Shown here piece by piece: positions 9,999 to 19,583 of a DNA stretch of 64,000 nucleotides. The DNA is from an uncultured Prevotellaceae bacterium (lineage in GTDB: Bacteria > Bacteroidota > Bacteroidia > Bacteroidales > Bacteroidaceae), in NCBI GenBank assembly GCA_902800595.1, contig CADCFA010000003.1:1931-65930 (forward strand). Direction: 5' to 3'. A program made the translations under genes and the position numbers. Position 1 is the stretch's first letter; every line of letters begins with the position of its first letter. The notes beneath the pieces are model-generated. The model did not search any database, was not told the DNA's origin, and saw only the letters and a program-made list of their open reading frames with translations.

Positions 9999-10856
9999 TT
10001 AAAGAGCCATGAAACGACGCAAGATCTCATCCACAGACACTTCACGATACTTATTAGAAATCTTCGTACGAGGTTCCCACTCCGTATCCGAACCGATATG
10101 ATTCAGTGACATACCGAGCTTTACTTCCTTACCACCTGTGTTCAGTGTAATAATATGCTTATAAGGGAACTGGTTCTTTTCCAGAAGCTTGAAATCCTCA
10201 TAGTCCCAGTTCAATTGAGAATTTCCATTTACCTTATCTTTGTACATGATATTCGCCATCTTTATCAGAGCTGTTTTCTTACTGGCGAGCCAGCTGTAAT
10301 CCAGCTTTGAAGACTCCAGACTGAGAATCATATCATCACCACTCTCTATCACATTATAGGGACCTGATCCTTTCTCTGTTGGATTATCAAAATTTGCGTT
10401 AGCAGGCACAAAGAGCTCATTCCAGAAGAGCGACTGAATGGTCTCGAAGTTTAGCCCACTATTACGGAGGAAGTCAACCGATACCCAGGGCACTTGGAGA
10501 TACAGCTTGTTGATGCGGTCCATGATTAGCACATAGTCCTTCGTCAACTCAATACGACCAGCCTCTACGAAACCGAAAGCCATCAACTGAAGACGAATCA
10601 CATCGTGGCGTTTCATTTTCAGATTACCAGTGAGTGTCACCTTCTGTGGTCCTACTTCAACTGAGAACTTCACCTTAGACGTTAGGAACTTACCCGTCTG
10701 GGCATTATCTAACACGTCTGCAATAAATTCGCCTTTCTTAATGGTTGACATTGCCGCTTTACTAGCATCATCTGTAGCTGGTTTGTGTGATTTACAAGAC
10801 ACCAACACTAACGGCAAAGCCAATACGGCCACTTTTACAATACTAAACAGTTTCAT
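9999..10856 (-). CDS. DUF4292 family lipoprotein
   Basis: Lipobox LVSC, EAGRIELTKD and DRINK; conserved dut-TPR-DUF4292-envC order. Confidence 0.8.
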   Translation of the reverse strand: MKLFSIVKVAVLALPLVLVSCKSHKPATDDASKAAMSTIKKGEFIADVLDNAQTGKFLTSKVKFSVEVGPQKVTLTGNLKMKRHDVIRLQLMAFGFVEAGRIELTKDYVLIMDRINKLYLQVPWVSVDFLRNSGLNFETIQSLFWNELFVPANANFDNPTEKGSGPYNVIESGDDMILSLESSKLDYSWLASKKTALIKMANIMYKDKVNGNSQLNWDYEDFKLLEKNQFPYKHIITLNTGGKEVKLGMSLNHIGSDTEWEPRTKISNKYREVSVDEILRRFMAL

Positions 10857-12601
10857 TCTTTAATATACTTTTTAAGTTTGATTTTCTTTTGTAACAGCTG
10901 ATCCTCAGGTTTCTTCTGCTGAGCATCACGCCAGAGAGACAGGGCACGATCCAGATCCTTATTCAAGGCATAGATATCACCCGCATGTTCAATAATCACC
11001 TCATTACCTGGCGCATCTTCACCCATGTGCTGTAACGCCTGATCGATATATATCTTTGCTTCGGAATAACGTTTCTGCATAAAAAGGATCCAAGCATAGG
11101 TATCAAGATAAGTTGCATTTTTCGGTTCCGCCTTCACGGTCTTGAAACTCATTGCCTCAGCAGTGTCCAACCGTTCTCCGCGTTCACTCAGGTAATAGGC
11201 GTAGTTGTTCAGGCAACCGATATTATCATCCTTCCATACCAGGCAGGAATCATAAGCAGCAAAAGCCTCCTCAGCCAATCCCTTCTGATGAAGGATATCC
11301 CCCATAACGGCATAGAAATCTGAGACAATAACAGGATCACTGTCATCAGCAATCACACCAATACCATTCTGGAATGATGACAAAGCATCGTCAAGTTTGT
11401 CACGCTTATAGTAGGCGATACCCTGATAGTAATAAAATGCCATCTCATCGGGGTTATACTGACGAGCATCCTGACACAGGGTGATGACTCGGTCCAGATC
11501 TTCATCCTCCCACGCATAGCCCACCAGTTGCAGACGAGCTGATGCCTGATCAGGAGCCATCTTCAGTACTTGTTCCAATACAGGACGGATACTGTCCTTA
11601 GGCATCTTCTTCGCACTCATATATGAGGCACAGAAAAAGGCCATATCTACTTCTGCCTGTGGTTGAGCCAGCATCTTCCGAAACAATGTCAATACCCTTG
11701 TACTGTCACCACTGACCTCACTGGAGGCTATCTCCTGTCGCAACAGATGAACTTTTTCCTCTGGTGTCGCATTCTTGTTCAACAAGACACGTTCAGCCAG
11801 CGAATCAGCCACCGCCTTGTTGCCTTGAGACTGATAATAGGTGCGCAACGACATGAGGACCCGGTTGTTATCCGGCTCTTCTTTCAGCACCTGATGATAG
11901 AGATTCAGTGCTTTCTTCGCCTGTCCGTTCATCATCAGCGACTCTCCATACATTGCCAGATAATTAAAATCATGAGGATATTGTTTGGCCAAGGCCTCCA
12001 TCTCCGCTACCGCAGCTTTCTTATCACCCATTCGTGTATAGATCTCACGCTTTGCCAAGGAGAGGCGCTCACTCTTGCCATCATTTGCTTCCATTCGGTT
12101 CAACACGCCAATAGCTTGTTCATAGTCATCCACCTGCTGATAGAGTTGGAACAGCATCTCCAGCATATCTTCACGATCCTTGTTTCTGGCATAAATTCCT
12201 TCGAGAACAGGGATGGCACTGGCGTAATCCTGCTGACGAACATAAGTCTGTGCCAAAGTCTCCATATAGATTTCGCTCTCAGGGGCAAGGGCTGCCGCAC
12301 GCTTCACACATTCCAGCGCTTTCTCCGGATTCTTCAAAAGTGAATAATATTGTCCGAGGAAGAAATATACCTCGGGAGCATCAGGATTCAGTTCTTGGCA
12401 ATGGCGCAACAAGTCGAAAGCAGCATCATTATTACCTTTCTGCCGCTGAACCATAGCCTCCATAAAAAACTGATCATAGGTCCTTTTGTCCGTCTGAGCA
12501 AAAGCAGTCATAAAGGAGCAGTGAAAGATGAAAAAAAACATCCCAACTTTCACTAGCCATTTTGCCCAACAGCAATTTAGTATCATCCTATACTCTTTCA
12601 C
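10853..12601 (-). CDS. Exported tetratricopeptide repeat protein
   Basis: Multiple TPRs, LNNYAYYL and YLDTYAWILF. The true start may be downstream (e.g. 12586). Confidence 0.88.
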   Translation of the reverse strand: MKEYRMILNCCWAKWLVKVGMFFFIFHCSFMTAFAQTDKRTYDQFFMEAMVQRQKGNNDAAFDLLRHCQELNPDAPEVYFFLGQYYSLLKNPEKALECVKRAAALAPESEIYMETLAQTYVRQQDYASAIPVLEGIYARNKDREDMLEMLFQLYQQVDDYEQAIGVLNRMEANDGKSERLSLAKREIYTRMGDKKAAVAEMEALAKQYPHDFNYLAMYGESLMMNGQAKKALNLYHQVLKEEPDNNRVLMSLRTYYQSQGNKAVADSLAERVLLNKNATPEEKVHLLRQEIASSEVSGDSTRVLTLFRKMLAQPQAEVDMAFFCASYMSAKKMPKDSIRPVLEQVLKMAPDQASARLQLVGYAWEDEDLDRVITLCQDARQYNPDEMAFYYYQGIAYYKRDKLDDALSSFQNGIGVIADDSDPVIVSDFYAVMGDILHQKGLAEEAFAAYDSCLVWKDDNIGCLNNYAYYLSERGERLDTAEAMSFKTVKAEPKNATYLDTYAWILFMQKRYSEAKIYIDQALQHMGEDAPGNEVIIEHAGDIYALNKDLDRALSLWRDAQQKKPEDQLLQKKIKLKKYIKE

Positions 12602-12608
12602 TTCTTCA

Positions 12609-13046
12609 TCACTTTACCCCTGTATGTCCATAGCCACCTTCGCCGCGTTCAGTCTCATCCAGCACCTCCACAGGTACAAACTCGCCCTGCTCATGACGAG
12701 CGATGACCATTTGAGCAATACGCTCACCATCGTTGACGACAAATTCTTCCTGCGACAGGTTAATCAGCAAGACACCCACCTCACCACGATAGTCGGCATC
12801 AATAGTGCCTGGCGAATTCAACACGGTGATGCCCTTTTTCAGAGCCAGACCGCTACGAGGGCGAACCTGCGCCTCATAACCTTCAGGCAGAGCGATGTGC
12901 AGACCTGTTGGAATCAGTCTGCGCTCCAACGGTTTAAGGATTATCGGCTCTGAGAGATTGGCACGCAGATCCATGCCTGCACTCTGTAGAGTGGCATATT
13001 GAGGAAGAGGCTGATGCCCCTTATTGACTACTTGAATTTTCAACAT
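12609..13046 (-). CDS. dut: dUTP diphosphatase
   Basis: [36 protein letters not shown]. Confidence 0.98.
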   Translation of the reverse strand: MLKIQVVNKGHQPLPQYATLQSAGMDLRANLSEPIILKPLERRLIPTGLHIALPEGYEAQVRPRSGLALKKGITVLNSPGTIDADYRGEVGVLLINLSQEEFVVNDGERIAQMVIARHEQGEFVPVEVLDETERGEGGYGHTGVK

Positions 13047-13073
13047 AAACTATAAAACTCTATTTATTCCGTG

Positions 13074-13081
13074 CAAAGGTA
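13074..13081 (-). promoter_or_regulatory. -7 promoter element TACCTTTG for the dut operon
   Basis: TAnnTTTG consensus. Confidence 0.7.
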
Positions 13082-13175
13082 GCATTTTTACAGCACATAT
13101 CACAGCGTAAAAGGATTATTTTTTCATTTTTTCGTTAATTTCTGCGAAAACTGCAAAATCTGCAGTTTATTTTCG

Positions 13176-13183
13176 TACCTTTG
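13176..13183 (+). promoter_or_regulatory. -7 promoter element TACCTTTG for dgt-miaB
   Basis: TAnnTTTG 10 nt before ATG 13194. Confidence 0.75.
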
Positions 13184-13193
13184 CACTTTGATT

Positions 13194-14534
13194 ATGATGA
13201 ATTGGCAGCAATTAATTTCCAATAAACGCCTCGGGCAGGAGCATCGTCACCCTGAGCGCCACGACGACCGGACAGAGTTCAAACGCGACTACGACCGTTT
13301 GATCTTCTCAGCGCCGTTCCGTCGTCTGCAGAACAAGACACAAGTGTTTCCCTTACCTGGCAGTATTTTTGTCCATAACCGTCTGACCCATTCTTTAGAG
13401 GTGGCCAGTGTGGGTATGTCGTTAGGCAATGACGTAGCTCAGCAGTTGATTATCCGTCATCCAGAACTGAAAGACACGATGTTCCAAGAGATAGGACAGA
13501 TTGTAGCTACAGCCTGTCTGGCACACGATTTAGGCAATCCGCCTTTCGGTCATAGTGGCGAAAAAGCGATGCAAGCTTATTTTCTCGAAGGAGCTGGTAC
13601 GGACTTACAACGTGAGGTGTCACCAGTCTTTTGGAACGACCTCACCCACTTCGAAGGTAACGCTAATGCCTTCCGCATCCTGACTCATCAGTTCAAGGGC
13701 AGGCGTTCCGGTGGATTTGTAATGACTTATTCCACCCTTGCCAGCATCGTTAAGTACCCACACTCTTCCACTGCCGCCGGGAAAAAAGGCAAGTTCGGAT
13801 TCTTCGACAGCGAAAAGGACTCTTATCTCAAGATTGCCGAAGAACTCGGCATTCCATGTCAGTCTACGATGGGGGAGCCACTACGTTTTGCCCGTTATCC
13901 TTTGGTATATCTTGTTGAGGCTGCCGATGACATCTGCTATGAGATTATGGATATTGAGGATGCCCATAAACTCAAAATTCTTTCACATGAAGAAACGATG
14001 CAGTTGCTCTTAGGATTCTTTGATGACGAGAGCCAGCAACATATCCTTCAGCGAATTGAAGAAGAGGGGGTAACTGATAACAATGAGAAGGTGGTCTATC
14101 TGAGAGCCTGTGTTATTGGTAAACTTGAGAATGAGTGTGTCCGTGTGTTTATTGACAACGAGGAGTCGATTCTCTGTGGCACATTTCAAGGTAGCCTCAT
14201 CGACCATATCAGTGATTTGCAAAAAGAAGCTTATCAACGGTGCAGCTCACTCTCCACGAAACGCATCTACAAGAGTCGCCCTGTGCTCGATGTAGAACTG
14301 TCAGGTTATCAGATCATCCAGACACTCATGCAACAGTTTATCGGTGCAGCTGTCCATCCTGACCGTTTCTATTCGAAACATCTTATCAGTCGTGTGTCAA
14401 GTCAGTACGACATTGACGCGCCTGATCTTGAAACGCGCTTGATGGCTGTCATCGACTACATCAGTGGCATGACCGATGTCTATGCTCTCGACATCTATCA
14501 GAAAATCAACGGCATCTCATTGCCTATAATTTAA
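13194..14534 (+). CDS. dgt: dGTP triphosphohydrolase (HD family)
   Basis: RDYDR, FRRLQNKTQVF, RLTHSLEV, LAHDLGNPPFGHSGE, FEGNAN, EAADDICY, DYISGMTD. Confidence 0.96.
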   Translation: MMNWQQLISNKRLGQEHRHPERHDDRTEFKRDYDRLIFSAPFRRLQNKTQVFPLPGSIFVHNRLTHSLEVASVGMSLGNDVAQQLIIRHPELKDTMFQEIGQIVATACLAHDLGNPPFGHSGEKAMQAYFLEGAGTDLQREVSPVFWNDLTHFEGNANAFRILTHQFKGRRSGGFVMTYSTLASIVKYPHSSTAAGKKGKFGFFDSEKDSYLKIAEELGIPCQSTMGEPLRFARYPLVYLVEAADDICYEIMDIEDAHKLKILSHEETMQLLLGFFDDESQQHILQRIEEEGVTDNNEKVVYLRACVIGKLENECVRVFIDNEESILCGTFQGSLIDHISDLQKEAYQRCSSLSTKRIYKSRPVLDVELSGYQIIQTLMQQFIGAAVHPDRFYSKHLISRVSSQYDIDAPDLETRLMAVIDYISGMTDVYALDIYQKINGISLPII

Positions 14535-14537
14535 AGA

Positions 14538-15881
14538 ATGATGAAGAAACTATATATTGAAACGTATGGCTGTCAGATGAATGTAGCCGATTCAGAGGTG
14601 GTGGCCTCCGTTATGCAAATGGCAGGTTATGAGACCACCGGGACATTGGAAGAGGCAGATGCCGTCTTCCTCAACACCTGTAGTGTCAGAGATAACGCAG
14701 AACAAAAGATCTACCACCGATTAGAAGCACTTGATGCAGAGCGCCGCAAGGGTCACCAGATGATTCTGGGAGTACTTGGCTGTATGGCTGAGCGTGCCCA
14801 GCAGGAACTGTTGGAGCAACATCATGCCGATCTGGTGGCAGGTCCTGATGCCTACCTCTCCCTACCCGACTTGGTAGCCCAGGCAGAACTGGGTCACAAA
14901 GCGATGAATATTGAACTATCGACTACTGAGACCTATCGTGACGTGGTGCCTCAGCGCATTGGCTTAGGGCATAAGATTGGCGGTTTCGTGAGTATCATGC
15001 GTGGTTGCAATAACTTCTGCCACTACTGCATCGTGCCTTACACCCGTGGTCGTGAGCGCAGTCGTGACCTTGAAAGTATTCTGCGGGAGGTAAGAGATCT
15101 GCGTGACAAGGGATATAAAGAGGTTACTCTGTTAGGGCAGAATGTGAATAGTTATAAACTAGATCATACAGATGGTCCAGACAATCTTGATTTCCCCAAG
15201 CTTTTGCGGAAGGTGGCAGAGGAGGCACCCACGATGCGCATCCGCTTCACCACCTCCCATCCGAAAGACATGAGCGACGAGACTCTGCATGTGATTGCCG
15301 AGATGCCAAACGTATGCAAGCATATCCATCTGCCTGTACAGAGTGGCAGTAACCGTATCTTGAAACTGATGAACCGCAAATACACGCGTGAGTGGTACAT
15401 GGACCGTGTTAATGCCATCCGTCGCATCATCCCTGATTGCGGTCTTTCTACCGACATCTTCGTGGGCTACCATTCTGAGACAGAGGAGGATCACCAGCTG
15501 TCACTCTCACTGATGCGTGAGGTGGGTTACGATTCTGCCTTTATGTTCAAATACTCAGAGCGTCCGGGCACCTATGCCTCGAAACATCTACCCGACGATG
15601 TGCCTGAAACAGAAAAAATCCGCCGACTGAACGAGCTGATACAGTTGCAGACGGAAATGAGTGCCATCCAGAACAAGAAGGATGAGGGTAAGGTGTTCGA
15701 TGTGTTGGTGGAGGGTTTCTCAAAACGTAGCCGCGAGCAGCTCTGTGGACGTACCGAGCAAAATAAGATGGTGGTCTTCGACAAGGGCACTCATCACATC
15801 GGTGAGACTGTCAAAGTCCGCATCACAGGCTCCACCAGCGCAACGCTTTTAGGAGAAATTAGCAACGGGGCACAAGACTAA
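14538..15881 (+). CDS. miaB: tRNA i6A37 methylthiotransferase MiaB
   Basis: TYGCQMN, NTCSVR, CNNFCHYC radical-SAM motif, TSHP, C-terminal TRAM domain. Confidence 0.97.
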   Translation: MMKKLYIETYGCQMNVADSEVVASVMQMAGYETTGTLEEADAVFLNTCSVRDNAEQKIYHRLEALDAERRKGHQMILGVLGCMAERAQQELLEQHHADLVAGPDAYLSLPDLVAQAELGHKAMNIELSTTETYRDVVPQRIGLGHKIGGFVSIMRGCNNFCHYCIVPYTRGRERSRDLESILREVRDLRDKGYKEVTLLGQNVNSYKLDHTDGPDNLDFPKLLRKVAEEAPTMRIRFTTSHPKDMSDETLHVIAEMPNVCKHIHLPVQSGSNRILKLMNRKYTREWYMDRVNAIRRIIPDCGLSTDIFVGYHSETEEDHQLSLSLMREVGYDSAFMFKYSERPGTYASKHLPDDVPETEKIRRLNELIQLQTEMSAIQNKKDEGKVFDVLVEGFSKRSREQLCGRTEQNKMVVFDKGTHHIGETVKVRITGSTSATLLGEISNGAQD

Positions 15882-15924
15882 AAGGGCTCTGGGAAAAAGT
15901 CGTTAAAGCCGTGAAGTCCGTTGC
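15862..15924. repeat. Degenerate REP-like element with GCAACGG...CCGTTGC ends and a 9-bp periodic arm
   Basis: Right arm aaagtcgtt aaagccgtg aagtccgtt gc; inverted 7-bp termini. Confidence 0.5.
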
Positions 15925-15939
15925 CCAAAATAAAAGAAA

Positions 15940-17766
15940 ATGAAGGAATTTATAAATGTCCTGCGGCGGTTTGTGCCGCCCTACAAGAAGTACCTGGTGC
16001 TGTCGGTGGTGTTCAATATTCTGTCGGCAGTGTTGAACATCTTCTCGTTTGCAGCCTTGATCCCCATCCTGCAGATCCTCTTCCAAACGAGCGACGCAGA
16101 GACGGCCACTTCCCTGATGGCATGGGATTGGAGTAACATCCAAGCGGTGCTGATGAACAACATGAACTATTATGTGAATGGTCTTATCGACCAGTTTGGA
16201 CAAACCACGACCTTGCTTTTCATCGGGCTGTTTTTAGCAGTCATGACATTTCTGAAGACAGGTGCATACTTTCTCTCTGCCGCTACGATCATTCCTATCC
16301 GCACAGGTGTGGTACGCGATATCCGCAACCAACTCTACCAGAAAATTACAGCCCTGCCACTCGGCTTCTTCTCCGAAGAGCGTAAAGGCGACATCATAGC
16401 TCGTATGAGTGGTGATGTGCAGGAGATTGAGAACTCCATCATGGCATCACTTGAAATGTTGTTTAAGAATCCTATTCTTATCGTCAGCTATTTCGCAGCC
16501 CTGATATTCATCTCATGGGAGCTTACCCTCTTCACGCTGATCATCGTTCCCATCATGGGATGGTTCATGGGCTGGATTGGCCGTAAGCTAAAAGCACAGT
16601 CCATCAAGGCACAGGGACTCTGGAGCGACACGATGAGTCAGGTAGAGGAGACACTCGGTGGTCTGCGCATCATCAAGGCTTTCTGTGCTGAGGGAAAGAT
16701 GAACCGTCGTTTCGACCGCATCAACTCTGCGTATCGCAATGATATCATGCGAGTGAATATCCGTCAGTCGTCGGCACACCCGATGTCGGAGTTCCTAGGG
16801 ACCATCATGATTGTCATCGTATTATGGTTCGGGGGCATCCTCGTCATCAACAACCACACCCTTTCTGGACCTATTTTCATATATTATATGGTGATGCTTT
16901 ATTCCATCATCAACCCTTTGAAGGACTTCTCAAAGGCTGGTTATAACATACCCAAGGGACTGGCCTCGATGGAACGTGTGGATAAGATACTGATGGCAGA
17001 GAACTACATTCAGGAGCCCACTAGCCCTAAGCACATCGCCAGCTTTGAGCATCAGATAGAGTTTCGTCATGTCAGTTTCAAATATGGCGAGCAGTGGGTG
17101 CTGCGTGACATCAACCTCGTGATTCCTAAGGGCAAGACTATCGCCCTCGTGGGACAGAGCGGTTCCGGCAAATCCACCCTTGTCGATCTGATTCCTCGCT
17201 ACTACGATGTGCAGGAAGGTGAAGTACTCATCGATGGCATCAATGTGAAGAATCTCGGCATCTACGATCTGCGCCAGCTCATCGGCAATGTGAATCAGGA
17301 AGCAATCCTCTTCAACGACTCCTTCCGCAATAACATATCCTTCGGCGTGGATAATGCCACCCAGCAGCAAATCGAAGAGGCAGCAAAGATCGCCAACGCC
17401 TACGATTTCATCATGACTTCAGAACAAGGTTTCGACACAAATATCGGTGACCGAGGCGGTCGTCTTTCTGGTGGTCAGCGACAGCGTGTGTCCATTGCCC
17501 GTGCTATTCTGAAGAATCCGCCTATCCTCATCCTCGACGAAGCAACCTCGGCTCTTGATACTGAAAGTGAGCGCTTGGTACAGGATGCGCTTGAGCGACT
17601 GATGAAGACGCGTACCACCATAGCTATCGCCCACCGTCTGAGCACTATCAAGAATGCTGACGAGATATGTGTGCTCCACGAAGGTCGTATCGTGGAACGT
17701 GGCACCCACGAGGGATTGCTTGCGCAAGATGGTTATTATAAACGACTGCATGAGATGCAGAAATGA
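15940..17766 (+). CDS. msbA: MsbA-like ABC exporter (TMD plus NBD)
   Basis: 6 TM helices, GQSGSGKS, LSGGQRQR, DEATSALD; lies near lpxL. Confidence 0.8.
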   Translation: MKEFINVLRRFVPPYKKYLVLSVVFNILSAVLNIFSFAALIPILQILFQTSDAETATSLMAWDWSNIQAVLMNNMNYYVNGLIDQFGQTTTLLFIGLFLAVMTFLKTGAYFLSAATIIPIRTGVVRDIRNQLYQKITALPLGFFSEERKGDIIARMSGDVQEIENSIMASLEMLFKNPILIVSYFAALIFISWELTLFTLIIVPIMGWFMGWIGRKLKAQSIKAQGLWSDTMSQVEETLGGLRIIKAFCAEGKMNRRFDRINSAYRNDIMRVNIRQSSAHPMSEFLGTIMIVIVLWFGGILVINNHTLSGPIFIYYMVMLYSIINPLKDFSKAGYNIPKGLASMERVDKILMAENYIQEPTSPKHIASFEHQIEFRHVSFKYGEQWVLRDINLVIPKGKTIALVGQSGSGKSTLVDLIPRYYDVQEGEVLIDGINVKNLGIYDLRQLIGNVNQEAILFNDSFRNNISFGVDNATQQQIEEAAKIANAYDFIMTSEQGFDTNIGDRGGRLSGGQRQRVSIARAILKNPPILILDEATSALDTESERLVQDALERLMKTRTTIAIAHRLSTIKNADEICVLHEGRIVERGTHEGLLAQDGYYKRLHEMQK

Positions 17767-19574
17767 GACAGAGGTTACTATATCTAATAAAGGTTTATCT
17801 GTTGACGTTGATACTTTTCATCATCGCCAAGGTTATCTTTATGCTTCTCAACTATTCAGACCATCCGTTTACGGCTGGCGATATGATCAGCGTGATCTGC
17901 CATGGGCTGTCGCTCGATCTCTCTACCGCTCTTTACTTTCTTATCCTGCCATTCTTTATTACACTAATCTCTATGTGGTGGTCACATCTTCAGCTACAGG
18001 CAGTCCTAAATATCTACTATGCTATCATCGCCTTTATGCTGATGTCCGCCTTCATTGCCGATACCAGTCTTTATCCCTTCTGGGGCTTTAAGCTCGATGC
18101 CAGCTGCCTGCAATACCTTGAGACTCCCACAGAAGTCAGAGCCAGTGTATCCGGGTTTTACATGACCGTCCGCCTCATCCTGTTGATTGCAGGTTCCTAT
18201 GCCATATATCGTCTTTACAAAGCCATATCCTTATGGACTAAAGCACCAAGCCAGCGCCGCTCAGCCACAATCAGCAACCTGCTGTTCATACCGCTGTTTA
18301 TTATCGGTATCCGTGGTGGTCTTGATGAATCTACGACAAACATCGGACAGGTGTATTTCTCCCAAAATCAGTTTTTGAACCACTCAGCCGTCAACCCTGT
18401 GTTCAGTTTCCTGTCGTCGTTTGAGAAGACCGCCAGTAACATCGTGGACTATGATTTCTTCAGTCAGCATGAATGTGATGCCCTGATGAAAGACCTTTAT
18501 CCCACCACCTCAGAGGCTACCGACACCCTGCTTACTACCACACGCCCCGACATCGTTATCGTACTGATGGAAAGCGCTGGTGACATTTTTGAAAAAGTCA
18601 TGCCCCATCTGCGACGCCTCAAGAAAGAAGGCATCGACTTCACAGCCTGCTATGGTAACACGTGGCGCACCGATCGCGGCACTGTCTGTACCTACAGCGG
18701 CTACCCATCGTTCCCCACCTCTTCGGTCATGAAGATGCCGAAGAAGACTAACCATCTGCCAGGCATCGCCAGCTCATTGCGAGAGGCAGGCTACCAGACA
18801 TCTTATCTCTATGGGGGTGACATCAACTTTACCAACATGCGCAGTTTCCTCGTCACCACAGGCTGGGAGAAACTCACTTGGAAAGCCGACTACAGCAATG
18901 AAGATCAGAACTCTGCCAAATGGGGGGTAAGAGATGACATCACCTTCAACACCCTCTACGAGCAGATAGCTGCCATTGACACCACAGCTGACCATCAGCG
19001 CCAACTCTTCGGCTTCTCTACCCTCAGTTCCCACGAGCCATGGGATGTGCCGCTGAAGAGACTCGACCAGGAGATACCTAATGCCTTCTACTACCTTGAC
19101 ACCTGCATCGGTGACTTTATCGATAAACTGAAGCAGTTGCCACAGTGGAAGAACCTGCTCATCATCTTCCTGCCCGACCATAGCATTGACTATGGGCACT
19201 ATACTGAGGCACTGCAGGAGCGTAATAAGATTCCGATGGTATGGACTGGTGGAGCCGTCAAGGCACCAAGGCAAGTCACCAAACTCTGTAACCAGACTGA
19301 CCTGGCAGCCACCCTGTTGGCACAGCTGCAACTGCCCCACGATCAATATCGCTGGAGCCGTGATGTGCTTAGTGCCTCCTACCGCTACCCCTTCGCCGTT
19401 CACAATTATAACAACGGCTTCACTGTGGCCGACTCCACAGGATTTATCGCCTTCGACCTCGAATCCAATCGTCTCGTCACCAATGGGAGTGGCGAGGCTT
19501 CACGATTGGTGCGTATGGGCAAGGCCATTCTTCAGGCTACCACAGCCGACTTAAAAGTAATGGGAACAAAATAA
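17763..19574 (+). CDS. LTA synthase/sulfatase-family phosphotransferase
   Basis: 5 TM helices, IRGG, LMES, RTDRG (Thr), SSHEPW, PDH. Confidence 0.88.
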   Translation: MRQRLLYLIKVYLLTLILFIIAKVIFMLLNYSDHPFTAGDMISVICHGLSLDLSTALYFLILPFFITLISMWWSHLQLQAVLNIYYAIIAFMLMSAFIADTSLYPFWGFKLDASCLQYLETPTEVRASVSGFYMTVRLILLIAGSYAIYRLYKAISLWTKAPSQRRSATISNLLFIPLFIIGIRGGLDESTTNIGQVYFSQNQFLNHSAVNPVFSFLSSFEKTASNIVDYDFFSQHECDALMKDLYPTTSEATDTLLTTTRPDIVIVLMESAGDIFEKVMPHLRRLKKEGIDFTACYGNTWRTDRGTVCTYSGYPSFPTSSVMKMPKKTNHLPGIASSLREAGYQTSYLYGGDINFTNMRSFLVTTGWEKLTWKADYSNEDQNSAKWGVRDDITFNTLYEQIAAIDTTADHQRQLFGFSTLSSHEPWDVPLKRLDQEIPNAFYYLDTCIGDFIDKLKQLPQWKNLLIIFLPDHSIDYGHYTEALQERNKIPMVWTGGAVKAPRQVTKLCNQTDLAATLLAQLQLPHDQYRWSRDVLSASYRYPFAVHNYNNGFTVADSTGFIAFDLESNRLVTNGSGEASRLVRMGKAILQATTADLKVMGTK

Positions 19575-19583
19575 AAGCATATT

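Noticed and set aside
13194-14534. dGTPase as an anti-phage defence gene
   Set aside because: The housekeeping context (dut, miaB) and canonical motifs give no sign of a defence island.
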